64,000 nucleotides of DNA from an uncultured delta proteobacterium (lineage in GTDB: Bacteria; Desulfobacterota; Binatia; JACPRU01), in the NCBI GenBank assembly GCA_963745025.1, contig CAVUWD010000013.1, positions 32,001-96,000 of the forward strand, written 5' to 3'. Both the position numbers and the translations under genes were made by a program. Of this stretch, positions 19,260 to 29,097 are shown piece after piece. Numbering within the stretch: the first letter of the stretch is position 1; each line of letters opens with the position of its first letter. Below the pieces are notes generated by a model. The model did not search any database, was not told the origin of the DNA, and saw only the letters and a list, made by a program, of their open reading frames with translations.

Positions 19260-20447
19260 CTAGGCTGCGATCGCGTCACGCACGCGGCCGATGAAGCGAT
19301 CGACGTTTCCGTATTCGCTCTCGGCGTACTGGCGGCCTTGACGGCCGAGCGCCAGGCGAAGCTCCGCCGAGCGCAGCGCGTCGAGGCAAGCGCGGAGTTG
19401 CGAGTCGCTCTGATACCACAAGCCGCCGTTCCCCAACTCGGCGTGCTCTCGAGCAGCGCCACCATGAGCAGGAACGAGCACGGCCGCGCCGCAGAGCATC
19501 GCTTCGAGCACGTCGAGTCCGAGCATGCGATCGGGCTCGGCATCGAGAAACGCGAAAGCGACGTTCATCCACCTCCAGGCATCCAACCGCGAGACGGTCT
19601 CTTGGCGGACGAGACCCGCAGACGAGGGCAGGCTTCCCGCACCTGGCCCGATCAGCGCGAGCGCGATCTCCGGAGTCTTGCGCGCCAACGAATCCGCGAA
19701 TTCGAAGAGCCATCCGAGCCCGAACGGCCGCCGCCAATCACGGGCGAGCACGACATACGATCCGTGCAGAGAGTGATAGGGGAGCGTCGTCGCCGCGAGC
19801 GAGTTGATGCGGACGGGAAAGCCGACCCGCCGGATTCGCCCAGTTGCGCGACCCTTCAGGCGATTCACGATCAGACGACGCTCGCGCTCGGTGAAGACGA
19901 GGATGCGCTCGGCGCGCTCGAACAAGCGATCGTACACCGAGAAGTAGAGACGGGGCTCGTCCCGTGCGAGCGGGACGAGGACGACGCGCGACCGCCCGAG
20001 CGCGTCTTCGAGAGCGTGATCGAAGAAGGCAGCGTCGAAGCCGCCGAACAGGACGACGTCGTAGCGGCGATCTCGCAGATGAGACACCAGCTCGGGGGAT
20101 GTCGGTCCGGTTGTTCCCGCAAGCCTTTGCTGCAAGGCGCGCGGCAAATTCTCCGCCAGCGCGCCGGCCAGACGCTGTGTACAGTCACACGCCGTCGGCC
20201 AGCAGAGATCTTCCGGGCCGATCGCGTTCTCGAGAGCGGCGCGGCGATCGTGCGCCGAGAGGACCGGAGCCTCGAAGCGCAAGATCTTCAGAGCCCCGTC
20301 GTGCTGATGGCCCCCGGAGGCTGTCGCCGGGACGAGCACGTCGATCTCTGCGGCGGAGACCATGGCGCCCACGACGCGCCGCAGGGCGAGGCACCGCTCG
20401 CGCCAGTCGTCCTTGTCCCAGGACGAAGCCAGGACGGCGATTCGCAT
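19260..20447 (-). CDS. Divergent GT-B (GT4-like) glycosyltransferase
   Basis: MRIAVL start, VLVPLARDEP and LGLDVLEAMLCG. Confidence 0.75.
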   Translation of the reverse strand: MRIAVLASSWDKDDWRERCLALRRVVGAMVSAAEIDVLVPATASGGHQHDGALKILRFEAPVLSAHDRRAALENAIGPEDLCWPTACDCTQRLAGALAENLPRALQQRLAGTTGPTSPELVSHLRDRRYDVVLFGGFDAAFFDHALEDALGRSRVVLVPLARDEPRLYFSVYDRLFERAERILVFTERERRLIVNRLKGRATGRIRRVGFPVRINSLAATTLPYHSLHGSYVVLARDWRRPFGLGWLFEFADSLARKTPEIALALIGPGAGSLPSSAGLVRQETVSRLDAWRWMNVAFAFLDAEPDRMLGLDVLEAMLCGAAVLVPAHGGAAREHAELGNGGLWYQSDSQLRACLDALRSAELRLALGRQGRQYAESEYGNVDRFIGRVRDAIAA

Positions 20448-20487
20448 CGGGTCCGCGTTGCTCCTCTCGCTGTCCTGACTCCGGATA

Positions 20488-20946
20488 CTAGGATTGCCCG
20501 TGCAGTTCCGCCTCGAGCTGCGCGAGCCGAGCTTCGAGCAAGTGATGGCGGAGATCGGCTCTCTCGCGCTCTGCCCGTGCCACGATCCGGATCTCGTCCG
20601 AGAGCCGGTCGCATCGTCTGGAGAGATCGTTCTGGAAACGGACCAGATTCTCGACGAAGTCTCGCTCGTCGCGGAGGTATCGCTCGAGAACGTTCCACAC
20701 GAACCGTGCCAAGCGGATCTTCAAGCGACTGAACAGAGAGTCGGCAAGGCCACCGGTTTGCGGCGGGGCGTAGCTGGCGTCCCAACACCAGTGCCGATTC
20801 AGATGTGCCAGCTCGGGGCGGTGCAATAGATGATCACTCGGAGGTAGCTCCGTCATCATGGCCCTCGCCATGGGATCCTCGTCAGCGCGGGCTTCGGCGC
20901 TCAGTTCCGCAACCAACTTGCGAGTGTTTACGGGGGTGGCGTGCAC
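20488..20946 (-). CDS. Hypothetical coiled-coil protein in a glycosyltransferase operon
   Basis: Lies between two GT genes on the same strand; helical, charged C-terminal half. Confidence 0.6.
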   Translation of the reverse strand: MHATPVNTRKLVAELSAEARADEDPMARAMMTELPPSDHLLHRPELAHLNRHWCWDASYAPPQTGGLADSLFSRLKIRLARFVWNVLERYLRDERDFVENLVRFQNDLSRRCDRLSDEIRIVARAERERADLRHHLLEARLAQLEAELHGQS

Positions 20947-20957
20947 GATTCGGCCTC

Positions 20958-23588
20958 CTATTCCAACGCAAGCCCGAAGCCCGACTTGCTGAGATTCGGA
21001 TTGAAGTACGGATCAGACCTGCCTGAGGCGCCCCAGCGCTTCGCCAGCTGGCCTGCGTCGTCGATCTCGTCGGCGGCGCCTCGAGTCATCGATTCGAAGT
21101 GAATCAACTCTGCGAACGGCGTGTAGACGATCCAGTAGCCCCGCTCGCGCAGCCGCAAACAGAAGTCGATGTCGTTGAAAGTGACCCCGAAGCGCTCGTC
21201 GAAGCGGCCCATCTCCTCGAAGACCCTGCGGCGGACCATCATGCATGCACCGGTGACGGCGCTGCAGTTGCGGATGCTCCTGGCGAGCGCCAGATGTCCG
21301 GGAGCATCCGCCGGGAGAAACCGGAAGGCGTGGTCGGCGACCTTGTGAAGTCCGAGGATGACCCCGGCGTGCTGCACGAGCCCGTTCGGATAAAGAAGCC
21401 GCGCGCCGACCGCGCCGACTTCCGGACGCTGCGCGTGCTCGATCATGGCGGTCAGCCACCCCTCGCGGCACGCCTCCGTGTCGTTGTTCAAGAAGAGCAG
21501 CAGATCGCTGCCGGATCGCTCGACCGCCCAGTTGTTGATGCCCGACCAGTTGAACGGCTTGTCGTAGTGCAGAACGCGGCAGCGCGAATCGCTCTCGAGG
21601 CGGGCGAGCAGCGCGTGAGTCTCGGGTTGCCAGGATTGATTGTCGACGAGCAGCGCTTCCCAATGCTCGTACCCGGCGAACCGATGGATCGATTGGAGGC
21701 AATGGGCGAGAAGATCGGGCTCGTCACGAAACGGGATGACGATGCTCACTCGGGGCGTCGAGGGGATCGCCCGTCTCACCCGGAACGTACCCGGAGCGTC
21801 CCCATCCTCGACGGTCGCCTCTTCGCCTCGCCGCAGCAGCGCGTCGGCGATGGCCGCGCGCGCGCTGGTCGCGGAGGACGATCCGGCTCCATTCGAGATC
21901 TCCCGCGCCAAACCATGGCAGAGGATTTTCGGCAGATGAGTCACCTGGCGCGCACGCTCGGTCGCACGCAACGCGAGATCGTAGAGCTCCGCACGGTCGA
22001 ACCCGGGGCGGAACCCATCCATCTGTTCCACGAGGCCGCGGCGGACGGCGAGAAGCCCGCCGAGGTAGGGCTGCGCGAGCAAGAGATCCGGCGACCAATC
22101 CGGCTTGAATCGCGGGTCGAAGCGCCCGCCCGAGGCATCGAGGCTGTCCTCGTCGCTGTAGAGAACGTCCGCTTCGGGCTCTGCGCTCAGTTGAAGCGCG
22201 ATCTCGCCGAGTGCTTCGACGTCCAGTCGATCGCCGTCCCGAAGGAAAACGACCCACTCTCCGGTTGCGCGCTCGAGAGCCGTTTGCAGCGCCCGCCAGA
22301 GCTCGCGCGTTTCGGCGCGGTGCGAGACCAGCACCCGCGGATCAGAGCGACTCGCCTCGTCGAGGAATCGCGGGACGGCATCGTCGCCACGTTCGGCGCA
22401 GACCGAGAGCTGCCAGCGGGGATAGATTTGCGCGCGCAGCGAATCGACGACGGACGCCAGCGGCTCGAGAGCGGATGACGACGGCGCGAACACGACGCTG
22501 ATCTGGGGGCGGTCCGCGAGAGCGGCGAGGCGTTCGGCGAGCCGAGTGCGCCGCTCGTCGACACGCCCCGTCTCGCGTTCCAGCCACCGGTCATACTGGG
22601 CGCGATCGTCGCGCCGCTCGGCGGCGGGCGGCGCAGCCGACGATCGCAGCATGCTCCACGACGGCGTCTGTCGAGCCCGGTTCACCACGTCGTCGAAGAG
22701 CGACATCGTCGTTCGCTCAAGCCGCTGGCACTCGCGCCGCTCGCGCAGAAGCTCGAGCTCGATGCGGCGCCGCTCGGCGAGTAGATCCTCGGTCGTCGCG
22801 CTCTCGGGGCCCAGCGCGGGCGGCGCGAACGCTTCGCTCGCCTCCGGGAGCTTCTCGAGCTCGCGAAACAGATCGCGTTGCGGCCGGGTGAGGTCGGCGT
22901 CGTCGGCGACGGCGGCGACCCCGTATTCGGCGTGCCGCAGCTCCGGCGCGAGAAAGCCTTGGATCTCCGCGCGGCGATCGGCGGGGTCGCAGGGAATCCC
23001 CCGCGCGATGAGGAAGGAGCGCAGCGCGCCGCAGCGCTCCTCCGGATCATGGAGCAAGCGCTCGTACGCCAGCACGAAGACGGGCAAGCCCGAAGCGTGA
23101 ACGAGAGCTTGCCGCGTGTATCGTTCCCAGAGCGCGATCGCTGTCGGCTTCGAGAGGGCGTCGCGCCGAGCGAGCGAGCGCCAGATCTCCAGCGGATTGC
23201 GATGAACCAGCACGACGACGGGACGGATCCCGAGAGTCTTGACCCAGAATGGAAGGAGAAGGCAGTTCCGGGGATCCTTCCAGATCCACACCGAGGTTCG
23301 GTAGACCGATGGAAAGAGCAGGCGCGCGCGTATCGACAGGAGCCGGAGATCCGCCGAAGATTCCCAGCCGGGCTCGAGCCGCGGCGGAGCGGACCAGGTG
23401 CCGCCGAGCCGCTCGAGCAGCTCGTCGTTCAGCAGGTGCAGCGCCGAGCTCTCCCAGTAGCCGCGGGGGTTGGCCTCGTTCGCCGGCATCAAATCCGCTT
23501 CCTCGCCGAGCGAAACGCCGAGCAAGTTGACCGTGCGCGCCACGGCGGACGTGCCGCTGCGATGCATTCCTAGGACGAAGACGGCCAT
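20958..23588 (-). CDS. Sulfotransferase-like domain, coiled coil and two GT2 domains
   Basis: VLGMHRSGTS and WKDPR; YSDED..FKPDWSPD; VSIVIPFRD, FLNNDTE, SAVTGAC and FNDIDFCLR. Confidence 0.88.
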   Translation of the reverse strand: MAVFVLGMHRSGTSAVARTVNLLGVSLGEEADLMPANEANPRGYWESSALHLLNDELLERLGGTWSAPPRLEPGWESSADLRLLSIRARLLFPSVYRTSVWIWKDPRNCLLLPFWVKTLGIRPVVVLVHRNPLEIWRSLARRDALSKPTAIALWERYTRQALVHASGLPVFVLAYERLLHDPEERCGALRSFLIARGIPCDPADRRAEIQGFLAPELRHAEYGVAAVADDADLTRPQRDLFRELEKLPEASEAFAPPALGPESATTEDLLAERRRIELELLRERRECQRLERTTMSLFDDVVNRARQTPSWSMLRSSAAPPAAERRDDRAQYDRWLERETGRVDERRTRLAERLAALADRPQISVVFAPSSSALEPLASVVDSLRAQIYPRWQLSVCAERGDDAVPRFLDEASRSDPRVLVSHRAETRELWRALQTALERATGEWVVFLRDGDRLDVEALGEIALQLSAEPEADVLYSDEDSLDASGGRFDPRFKPDWSPDLLLAQPYLGGLLAVRRGLVEQMDGFRPGFDRAELYDLALRATERARQVTHLPKILCHGLAREISNGAGSSSATSARAAIADALLRRGEEATVEDGDAPGTFRVRRAIPSTPRVSIVIPFRDEPDLLAHCLQSIHRFAGYEHWEALLVDNQSWQPETHALLARLESDSRCRVLHYDKPFNWSGINNWAVERSGSDLLLFLNNDTEACREGWLTAMIEHAQRPEVGAVGARLLYPNGLVQHAGVILGLHKVADHAFRFLPADAPGHLALARSIRNCSAVTGACMMVRRRVFEEMGRFDERFGVTFNDIDFCLRLRERGYWIVYTPFAELIHFESMTRGAADEIDDAGQLAKRWGASGRSDPYFNPNLSKSGFGLALE

Positions 23589-23808
23589 CCGTACGCCTCG
23601 ATGTGCGAACTCTCGTGCGATTCGACCCATGCCGAATCGACGCGCCGCGCTTCTGCGCTCTTACAGAATGAGGTGGGGACTGCAAGCGTGGGTGGCGGCG
23701 CTCCGATTGATTTCGCGGCCCACCCTCAGCATAAGAGCGTCAGAGCGGAATGCCCGTGGCGGAGCTGCAGAAAGACTTCCGATCCCTCGGGGGTCTTCGC
23801 TCACCGGG

Positions 23809-24795
23809 ATGAACCAGGCGGGCGGAAGCGTGGGCCGCGATGTCGCAGCCGCGGCGCTGTCGGCCGTCGATGCCGAGCTTCAAGCGGCGCTGGCGATCCT
23901 ATTCGACCGGCGTTGCCGCGACGGAGCTCAGGCATGCGTTCATCTCGCCAGGGCGTGGCGCGGCCTCGCCCGCTTCGCGTCGACGAACGATGGCGATACC
24001 GGTTCGGCGAACGACGATCTCGTGAGCCGCCTCCAGGCAGAGGACCTGGTGTCGCTCGGTGCTCGCGAGCGAGTCGAATGGGAGCGCTCGTTGCGTGCGA
24101 TCGTCGGGATCGGCGCGACCGAGCCCTGGGAGCTCGCGCACGAGCACGAGGTGGCTCCTTCGCGTGGTGAGCTGCTGCGGCATTGTCGATGGCTCGAGCG
24201 GTCGATCGGCACTGCTCGAAGTCGATTCGGGGTGGAGATCGGAGCACGTCCGAGACGGATCTGGCTTCTGTCGATCGGTGCGCTGGCGACCGTGGTCGCG
24301 ATCTCCGCGTGGATCTCGCCACGCGGTGGATCAGCCGGCGCCGTATGGCGAGGAGCCTACTATGCCAGCACGGAGCTGACCGGCGAGCCGATCATCCGCA
24401 ACGACCCGGATGTCTTCTTCGACTGGGGAGACGCTTCTCCCTTGCCCGCAATCCCAGCCGACGGCTTCTCGGCCACGTGGGACTCGTGCCTCCATCTCGA
24501 CCGGCGGGCGACGATTCGATTCGTGCTGGGTTCGGACGATGGCTCGCGTCTGTCTGTCGCTGGCAAGCTCGTGGTCGACAACTGGGGCGCGCACGATTTT
24601 CGCATCGCCGAAGGGGAGATGACTCTCGGCCCAGGTGTGTACCCCGTGCACATCGAGTTCTTCGACAAGCTGGGCGCGGCTCGCGTGGCGTTGCGGGGCG
24701 CATTCGACTCGGGGCCGCTGCAGGCGCTGCCAACCGACCACCTATCGCTCCCCCGCCTCGGCGGCGACGGAGCGCCCGGGTGCCCCGCGCCGTGA
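23809..24795 (+). CDS. Membrane protein with a C-terminal PA14 domain
   Basis: TM helix followed by GAYY, FDWG..SP, DGFSATW, SDDGSRL and DNWGAH. Start codon is uncertain. Confidence 0.8.
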   Translation: MNQAGGSVGRDVAAAALSAVDAELQAALAILFDRRCRDGAQACVHLARAWRGLARFASTNDGDTGSANDDLVSRLQAEDLVSLGARERVEWERSLRAIVGIGATEPWELAHEHEVAPSRGELLRHCRWLERSIGTARSRFGVEIGARPRRIWLLSIGALATVVAISAWISPRGGSAGAVWRGAYYASTELTGEPIIRNDPDVFFDWGDASPLPAIPADGFSATWDSCLHLDRRATIRFVLGSDDGSRLSVAGKLVVDNWGAHDFRIAEGEMTLGPGVYPVHIEFFDKLGAARVALRGAFDSGPLQALPTDHLSLPRLGGDGAPGCPAP

Positions 24796-26789
24796 TTCGC
24801 GAAGCATTGTGGCGTCTGCGCCGACGCGACGGGGTTCTCGAGTGGGCGGCCCTGCTCGTTTGGCTGGCGATCGCCTTTCGCCTCGTCGGCTCGACGGGGA
24901 TCTCCCGAGCGGGTCTGTTCGACGACCTGGCGGTGGTTTCGGGCGGTCTCGTTCTCTACGCGCTCCTCGAGCACGTCTCGCCTCGGCTACGTGCCGCCGT
25001 CCTCTTCGCCGTGGGCTTCGGACTGATCACGGCATACGCCTCTACGCTACTCTTCTTTCGCTTCTATCAGAGCTACATCCGCGTCGGGACGCTGGCGATG
25101 ACGGGAGCGGTGGGGGGCGGGGTGAGCTCCGTCTTCGCGCTCTTCACGCCGGCGTTCCTGATCGGATGCGTGATCGGGCCGATCGCGTTGCTCGGGTCAG
25201 CGACCGCCGGCGGGAGCGGTCGGCGCGGTCACGCCGTTCGCGGTCTCCTGCTCGGCGCCCTGGCGGTATGTGCGGCGACGCTGGCCTTCGGCCGCGGCTC
25301 TGCAGAGAGCTTCGTGGCCGCTGACAACGACCCGGTGATCTACCTGCTACGCGATGCCGTTCACGCTCTGCGGGAACGGCAATCTCCCCGGACGGCGCTT
25401 CGTCCGCTCGACATGTTGATCAGTCGGGACGAGACCTACAATTTCGCATTCGAGCGCGGGCTTCGCAGCGGAGCGTCGAGCGCGTACCCCTTGCTTCGGT
25501 TGCCGGTTGCGACAGCCGAGGGCGGTCGAAGGGGGAAGGGCTGGAACGTCGTCCTGGTGCTCATGGAGTCCGTTCGTGGCTTCGAAACCAATCTCACCCA
25601 CGAAGCCCCCGCCGTGGCTCCGAATCTCACCCGGCTCGCCGAGCAGGGAGTGTTCTTCAGCAACGTGTATTTCAACGCCACCCAAACGGCGCCTGCCGAG
25701 GCGTCCGTCCTCTGTAGCGTGCTGCCGGATTCCGCCGGAGGGCCAATCTATCTGAAGTCTCCGCGGCTTTCGGTCCGCTGCCTTCCCGAGATTCTCTCCG
25801 ACCACGGCTACGAGACGCACTGGATCAGCTCCTTTCACGCCTCGTTCACCAACAAGCGCGAGTTTCTTTCCGCCCACGGGGTTCGGTTCATTCATGACCA
25901 GACGGACCTCGAACGGAGGGGCCTCAAGCGAGAGAAGATCGGCTGGGCTGCCGCAGACGACGATCTCGCGGATTTCGCCACCGAGATCCTCGACCGGGCT
26001 CACGAGCCCTTCTTTGCGGAGGTGATGACGGTATCGAACCACTTTCCATGGGAGCTCGACTCGTTCGGAGTTCCCGTGCCGGCGGCGATCCGATCGCTCG
26101 GCGGATCCGGCGACTATCGCGGCTATCTGATGGGGATGCACTATACCGACCACGCCGTCGGGCGCTTCTTGGAGGGGGCCCGATCGCACCGGTGGTTCGA
26201 TCGCACGCTCTTCGTGATCGTCGGCGACCACGGTGTGTGGATCTTTCCCGAGACGGCCGACGGTCAGCGCGTCGGCTTTCTGGAAAAGACCGAGATCTAC
26301 TACCGGTCCGGGCTCCTCTTCTGGGCGCCCTCGCTCCTCGCGTCGCGACGAGTCGAAACGCTCGGCAGCGAGATCGATCTCGCGCCGACGATTCTCGATG
26401 TGCTCGGAATCGCGGAAGCGAACAGCTTCGAAGGAGTGAGCCTGCTTGCGGAGGTTCCGCCCGAGCGGCGCTTCGCGATGATGGTCAGCGAGAGCTCCTG
26501 GAGCGTCCGCGCGGGAGATCGCTACTGCTATGCTCTCGGGCAAAGCTGCTTTGTGGACGCCGAGCCCCGCTGTGCTCTGGGAGAAAAGCCGCGAGCCGCT
26601 GCGCGAGCCTGTTTTCGCTACACGAAGGACCTTCTCGATTTCACCGTTCGGCCCGGCGAGCTCATGCCCCTCTCGGAAGCCGAGAGGGCAGCCCTAGTCG
26701 CGCGCGGTGACCGGCTCGTCCGCTACAACGACGCGCTCATCCGAAGGGATGGCTTCTTCCCGCCGGAGCTGCGCGCGGGCGCTCGCTGA
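24792..26789 (+). CDS. LTA synthase (LtaS)-family membrane sulfatase-fold protein
   Basis: GTGA overlap with the PA14 gene. About 5 TM helices, then NVVLVLMES, NATQT, TVSNHFP, YTD and VGDHG. Confidence 0.88.
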   Translation: MIREALWRLRRRDGVLEWAALLVWLAIAFRLVGSTGISRAGLFDDLAVVSGGLVLYALLEHVSPRLRAAVLFAVGFGLITAYASTLLFFRFYQSYIRVGTLAMTGAVGGGVSSVFALFTPAFLIGCVIGPIALLGSATAGGSGRRGHAVRGLLLGALAVCAATLAFGRGSAESFVAADNDPVIYLLRDAVHALRERQSPRTALRPLDMLISRDETYNFAFERGLRSGASSAYPLLRLPVATAEGGRRGKGWNVVLVLMESVRGFETNLTHEAPAVAPNLTRLAEQGVFFSNVYFNATQTAPAEASVLCSVLPDSAGGPIYLKSPRLSVRCLPEILSDHGYETHWISSFHASFTNKREFLSAHGVRFIHDQTDLERRGLKREKIGWAAADDDLADFATEILDRAHEPFFAEVMTVSNHFPWELDSFGVPVPAAIRSLGGSGDYRGYLMGMHYTDHAVGRFLEGARSHRWFDRTLFVIVGDHGVWIFPETADGQRVGFLEKTEIYYRSGLLFWAPSLLASRRVETLGSEIDLAPTILDVLGIAEANSFEGVSLLAEVPPERRFAMMVSESSWSVRAGDRYCYALGQSCFVDAEPRCALGEKPRAAARACFRYTKDLLDFTVRPGELMPLSEAERAALVARGDRLVRYNDALIRRDGFFPPELRAGAR

Positions 26790-26806
26790 GCGGGCGCAGG
26801 GCCGAT

Positions 26807-27475
26807 TCACTTGCGGCCGGGGAAGTGGCTCAGCCCGATCGTGAAGAACACCGAATTGAGGCCGCGGTTCTCGTTCGAGATCCCCAGATTTGAGATGTGC
26901 CGCAGGCGAACGTCGAAGGACAGAGCGTTCTCGTGGGAAAGGTGATCAAAGAACAGATGGAAGCCGCCGCCTGCCTGCGAGCTGAACTCGAACGGCCCGC
27001 CGATATGCATGTTGCTGAGGGTCGTGAGCACGATTCCCTCCCCGCCCTCGACATACGGGACGAAGAAGCTGCCGGTGTCGTATCGGTAGTTGAAGATCAG
27101 CGGGCTGAACGCGAACTCGCCGTTCCCGTCGTGGCCGCGGCCGTAGATGATCGAGCCGGTCGCCTCGATCGCCAGGCGGATGCGATTGCCCAAGATCGCC
27201 GGAACGAAATCGGGCAAGCCGTACGCCACGCGCGGGCCGAACGTATAGAAATCGATCGCGTCGCGCTCACCGTATCCGTAGGCGAAGCGGAACGATATCT
27301 CCTGAGGCGAAAGCAGAGGGCACGCGGGAGCGCCTTGGCTGCCCTGCGTCGAGGGCTCCGCGCGAGCCGGCGCGTCCGCGAGAACCGTGCCGAGAATCGC
27401 CGCAAGCAGGAATCCACCGCAGCCCCTCGCCATCTTTGCTCTCGTCACCCTGGGAGTCCTCCCCTCGACACTCAC
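26807..27475 (-). CDS. pagL: PagL-family lipid A 3-O-deacylase (acyloxyacyl hydrolase)
   Basis: Signal peptide, PYVEGGEG, FEFSSQAGGG and catalytic-type RHISN...NRGLN. Confidence 0.8.
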   Translation of the reverse strand: MSVEGRTPRVTRAKMARGCGGFLLAAILGTVLADAPARAEPSTQGSQGAPACPLLSPQEISFRFAYGYGERDAIDFYTFGPRVAYGLPDFVPAILGNRIRLAIEATGSIIYGRGHDGNGEFAFSPLIFNYRYDTGSFFVPYVEGGEGIVLTTLSNMHIGGPFEFSSQAGGGFHLFFDHLSHENALSFDVRLRHISNLGISNENRGLNSVFFTIGLSHFPGRK

Positions 27476-27576
27476 GCCCGATTGCCGAATAAACGGTGAA
27501 ATGGCCCAGTCGAAGCTCTGCAGCCTGATGCCACCGCTCTTACAGGGGCGAGTTCCCGAGCGTCAAGAAAGCCTCT

Positions 27577-29097
27577 ATGGAACCTGATCGTGCGGTTGCG
27601 ATAGTGCAGCGAGCGTCGTCCAGGTCGATGACGGTCAAGCGCTGGCTCTGGGGCGAATCCGCGACTATTGTCCTGCTCCTCACAGTCTCCGCCGCCGTTC
27701 TTCTCGGCAGGCTCGGGGCCGCCGAGCTCTGGACCGAGGAGGGGCGATGGGCGGCGATCTGCAGCCACATGATCGCCTCCGGCGACTACTTTCATCCCTA
27801 CCTGTTCGGCGAGCCCTACTACGACAAGCCGCTGCTCTCCTACTGGCTGATGATCGGCGTGGCGCGGCTCCTCGGCGGGTTGAACGAGACCGCGCTGCGC
27901 CTGCCGTCCGCCCTCGCCGGCCTGTTGTCGCTCTGGTGCGTCTATCGCCTCGGCAAGGGCCGGTTCGATCGCCCCACGGGCTTGATGGCAGCCACGCTCC
28001 TGGCGAGCTGCTACATGTTCGTCTTTTGGGCGCGCGTCGCGAGCGCGGACATGTTGAACGTCGCGGGAACGCTCGCAGCCGTGACCTGGTATTTCGAGCG
28101 GAGAGAGCGGCCGGGATTCACGACCGCCGCGGTCTTCTTCGCCCTGCTCGCGATCACCGCGTTGATGAAGGGCCTGGTCGGTCCTGCCGTCGCCATACTC
28201 GTCTTGTTGCCCGACCTGGCTCGCGAGGGTCGGTGGCGAGCCGTGCTCCGCCCCTCGCTCGTGCCCGCGCTCCTCTGCGGCGCCGCGGTCTACCTCGCGC
28301 CGTTCGTGGCCTCGGGCCTCAGCCAACCGCAAGGGTATGCGGAGAGCGGTCTGGCGATGGTCTTTCGGGAGAACGCGGTCCGGTACTTCGACGCGTTCGA
28401 CCATGAAGACCCCTTCTACATCTACTTCACCGTTCTGCCCGTCTATCTGTTGCCCTGGTCTCCGTTCTTGCCGTTCGTCCTCTGGAGCCTCGTGCGGCGG
28501 TGGCGAACTTTGCCCGAGGCTTCACGGTGGCCGGCGTTCGCCTGCCTGTTCATCTTCCTGTTCTTGACGGCGAGCAGCTCGCGCCGCAGCTATTACCTTC
28601 TGCCAATCGTTCCTTTTGCGGTCCTGATGATCGCCGAATGGCTTCAGCATGAGGAAGCGGGCGCACGTTGGGCGACAGTCTCGGCCTGGGGGGTCGTCTA
28701 CGGACTGGCGGGCATGTTCGTGTGGTTTGTCCTCGTCGTGCCGGTCAGCTTTCGCTACGGCGGCGAGAGGCTCCTCGCTCGCGAGGTTCGCGCGCAGGCG
28801 GGGAGAGAGGCTCCGTGGTCGACGTGGCACGTCCTCATCTGCGGCGCGCCGCCGTCGGCCGGGTACTATTTTCGCGCCAGCTACGAAGCCGAGGTGATCC
28901 CCGCCGAAGATTCCGGAAAGGTCGGGCGCCTCGTTGCCGAGAATCCCCATACGATCGTGTTGACCAAGCGCCGCTTCGTGGAAGCGGTGCGCTCACAGGT
29001 CCCGGCGGCGAAGATGTTCGTGCAGCGACCGCGAATCCCGAGCTTCCTCCGGCCCCGGCAAGGCTCGGATCGGGATGTCATTGCCCTCGTCCCTTGA
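27577..29097 (+). CDS. ArnT-like GT-C glycosyltransferase 1
   Basis: WTEEGRW, YYDKPLLSYWL, LRLPSAL, MKG and RSYYLLP; many TM helices. Start may be 27628. Confidence 0.88.
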   Translation: MEPDRAVAIVQRASSRSMTVKRWLWGESATIVLLLTVSAAVLLGRLGAAELWTEEGRWAAICSHMIASGDYFHPYLFGEPYYDKPLLSYWLMIGVARLLGGLNETALRLPSALAGLLSLWCVYRLGKGRFDRPTGLMAATLLASCYMFVFWARVASADMLNVAGTLAAVTWYFERRERPGFTTAAVFFALLAITALMKGLVGPAVAILVLLPDLAREGRWRAVLRPSLVPALLCGAAVYLAPFVASGLSQPQGYAESGLAMVFRENAVRYFDAFDHEDPFYIYFTVLPVYLLPWSPFLPFVLWSLVRRWRTLPEASRWPAFACLFIFLFLTASSSRRSYYLLPIVPFAVLMIAEWLQHEEAGARWATVSAWGVVYGLAGMFVWFVLVVPVSFRYGGERLLAREVRAQAGREAPWSTWHVLICGAPPSAGYYFRASYEAEVIPAEDSGKVGRLVAENPHTIVLTKRRFVEAVRSQVPAAKMFVQRPRIPSFLRPRQGSDRDVIALVP

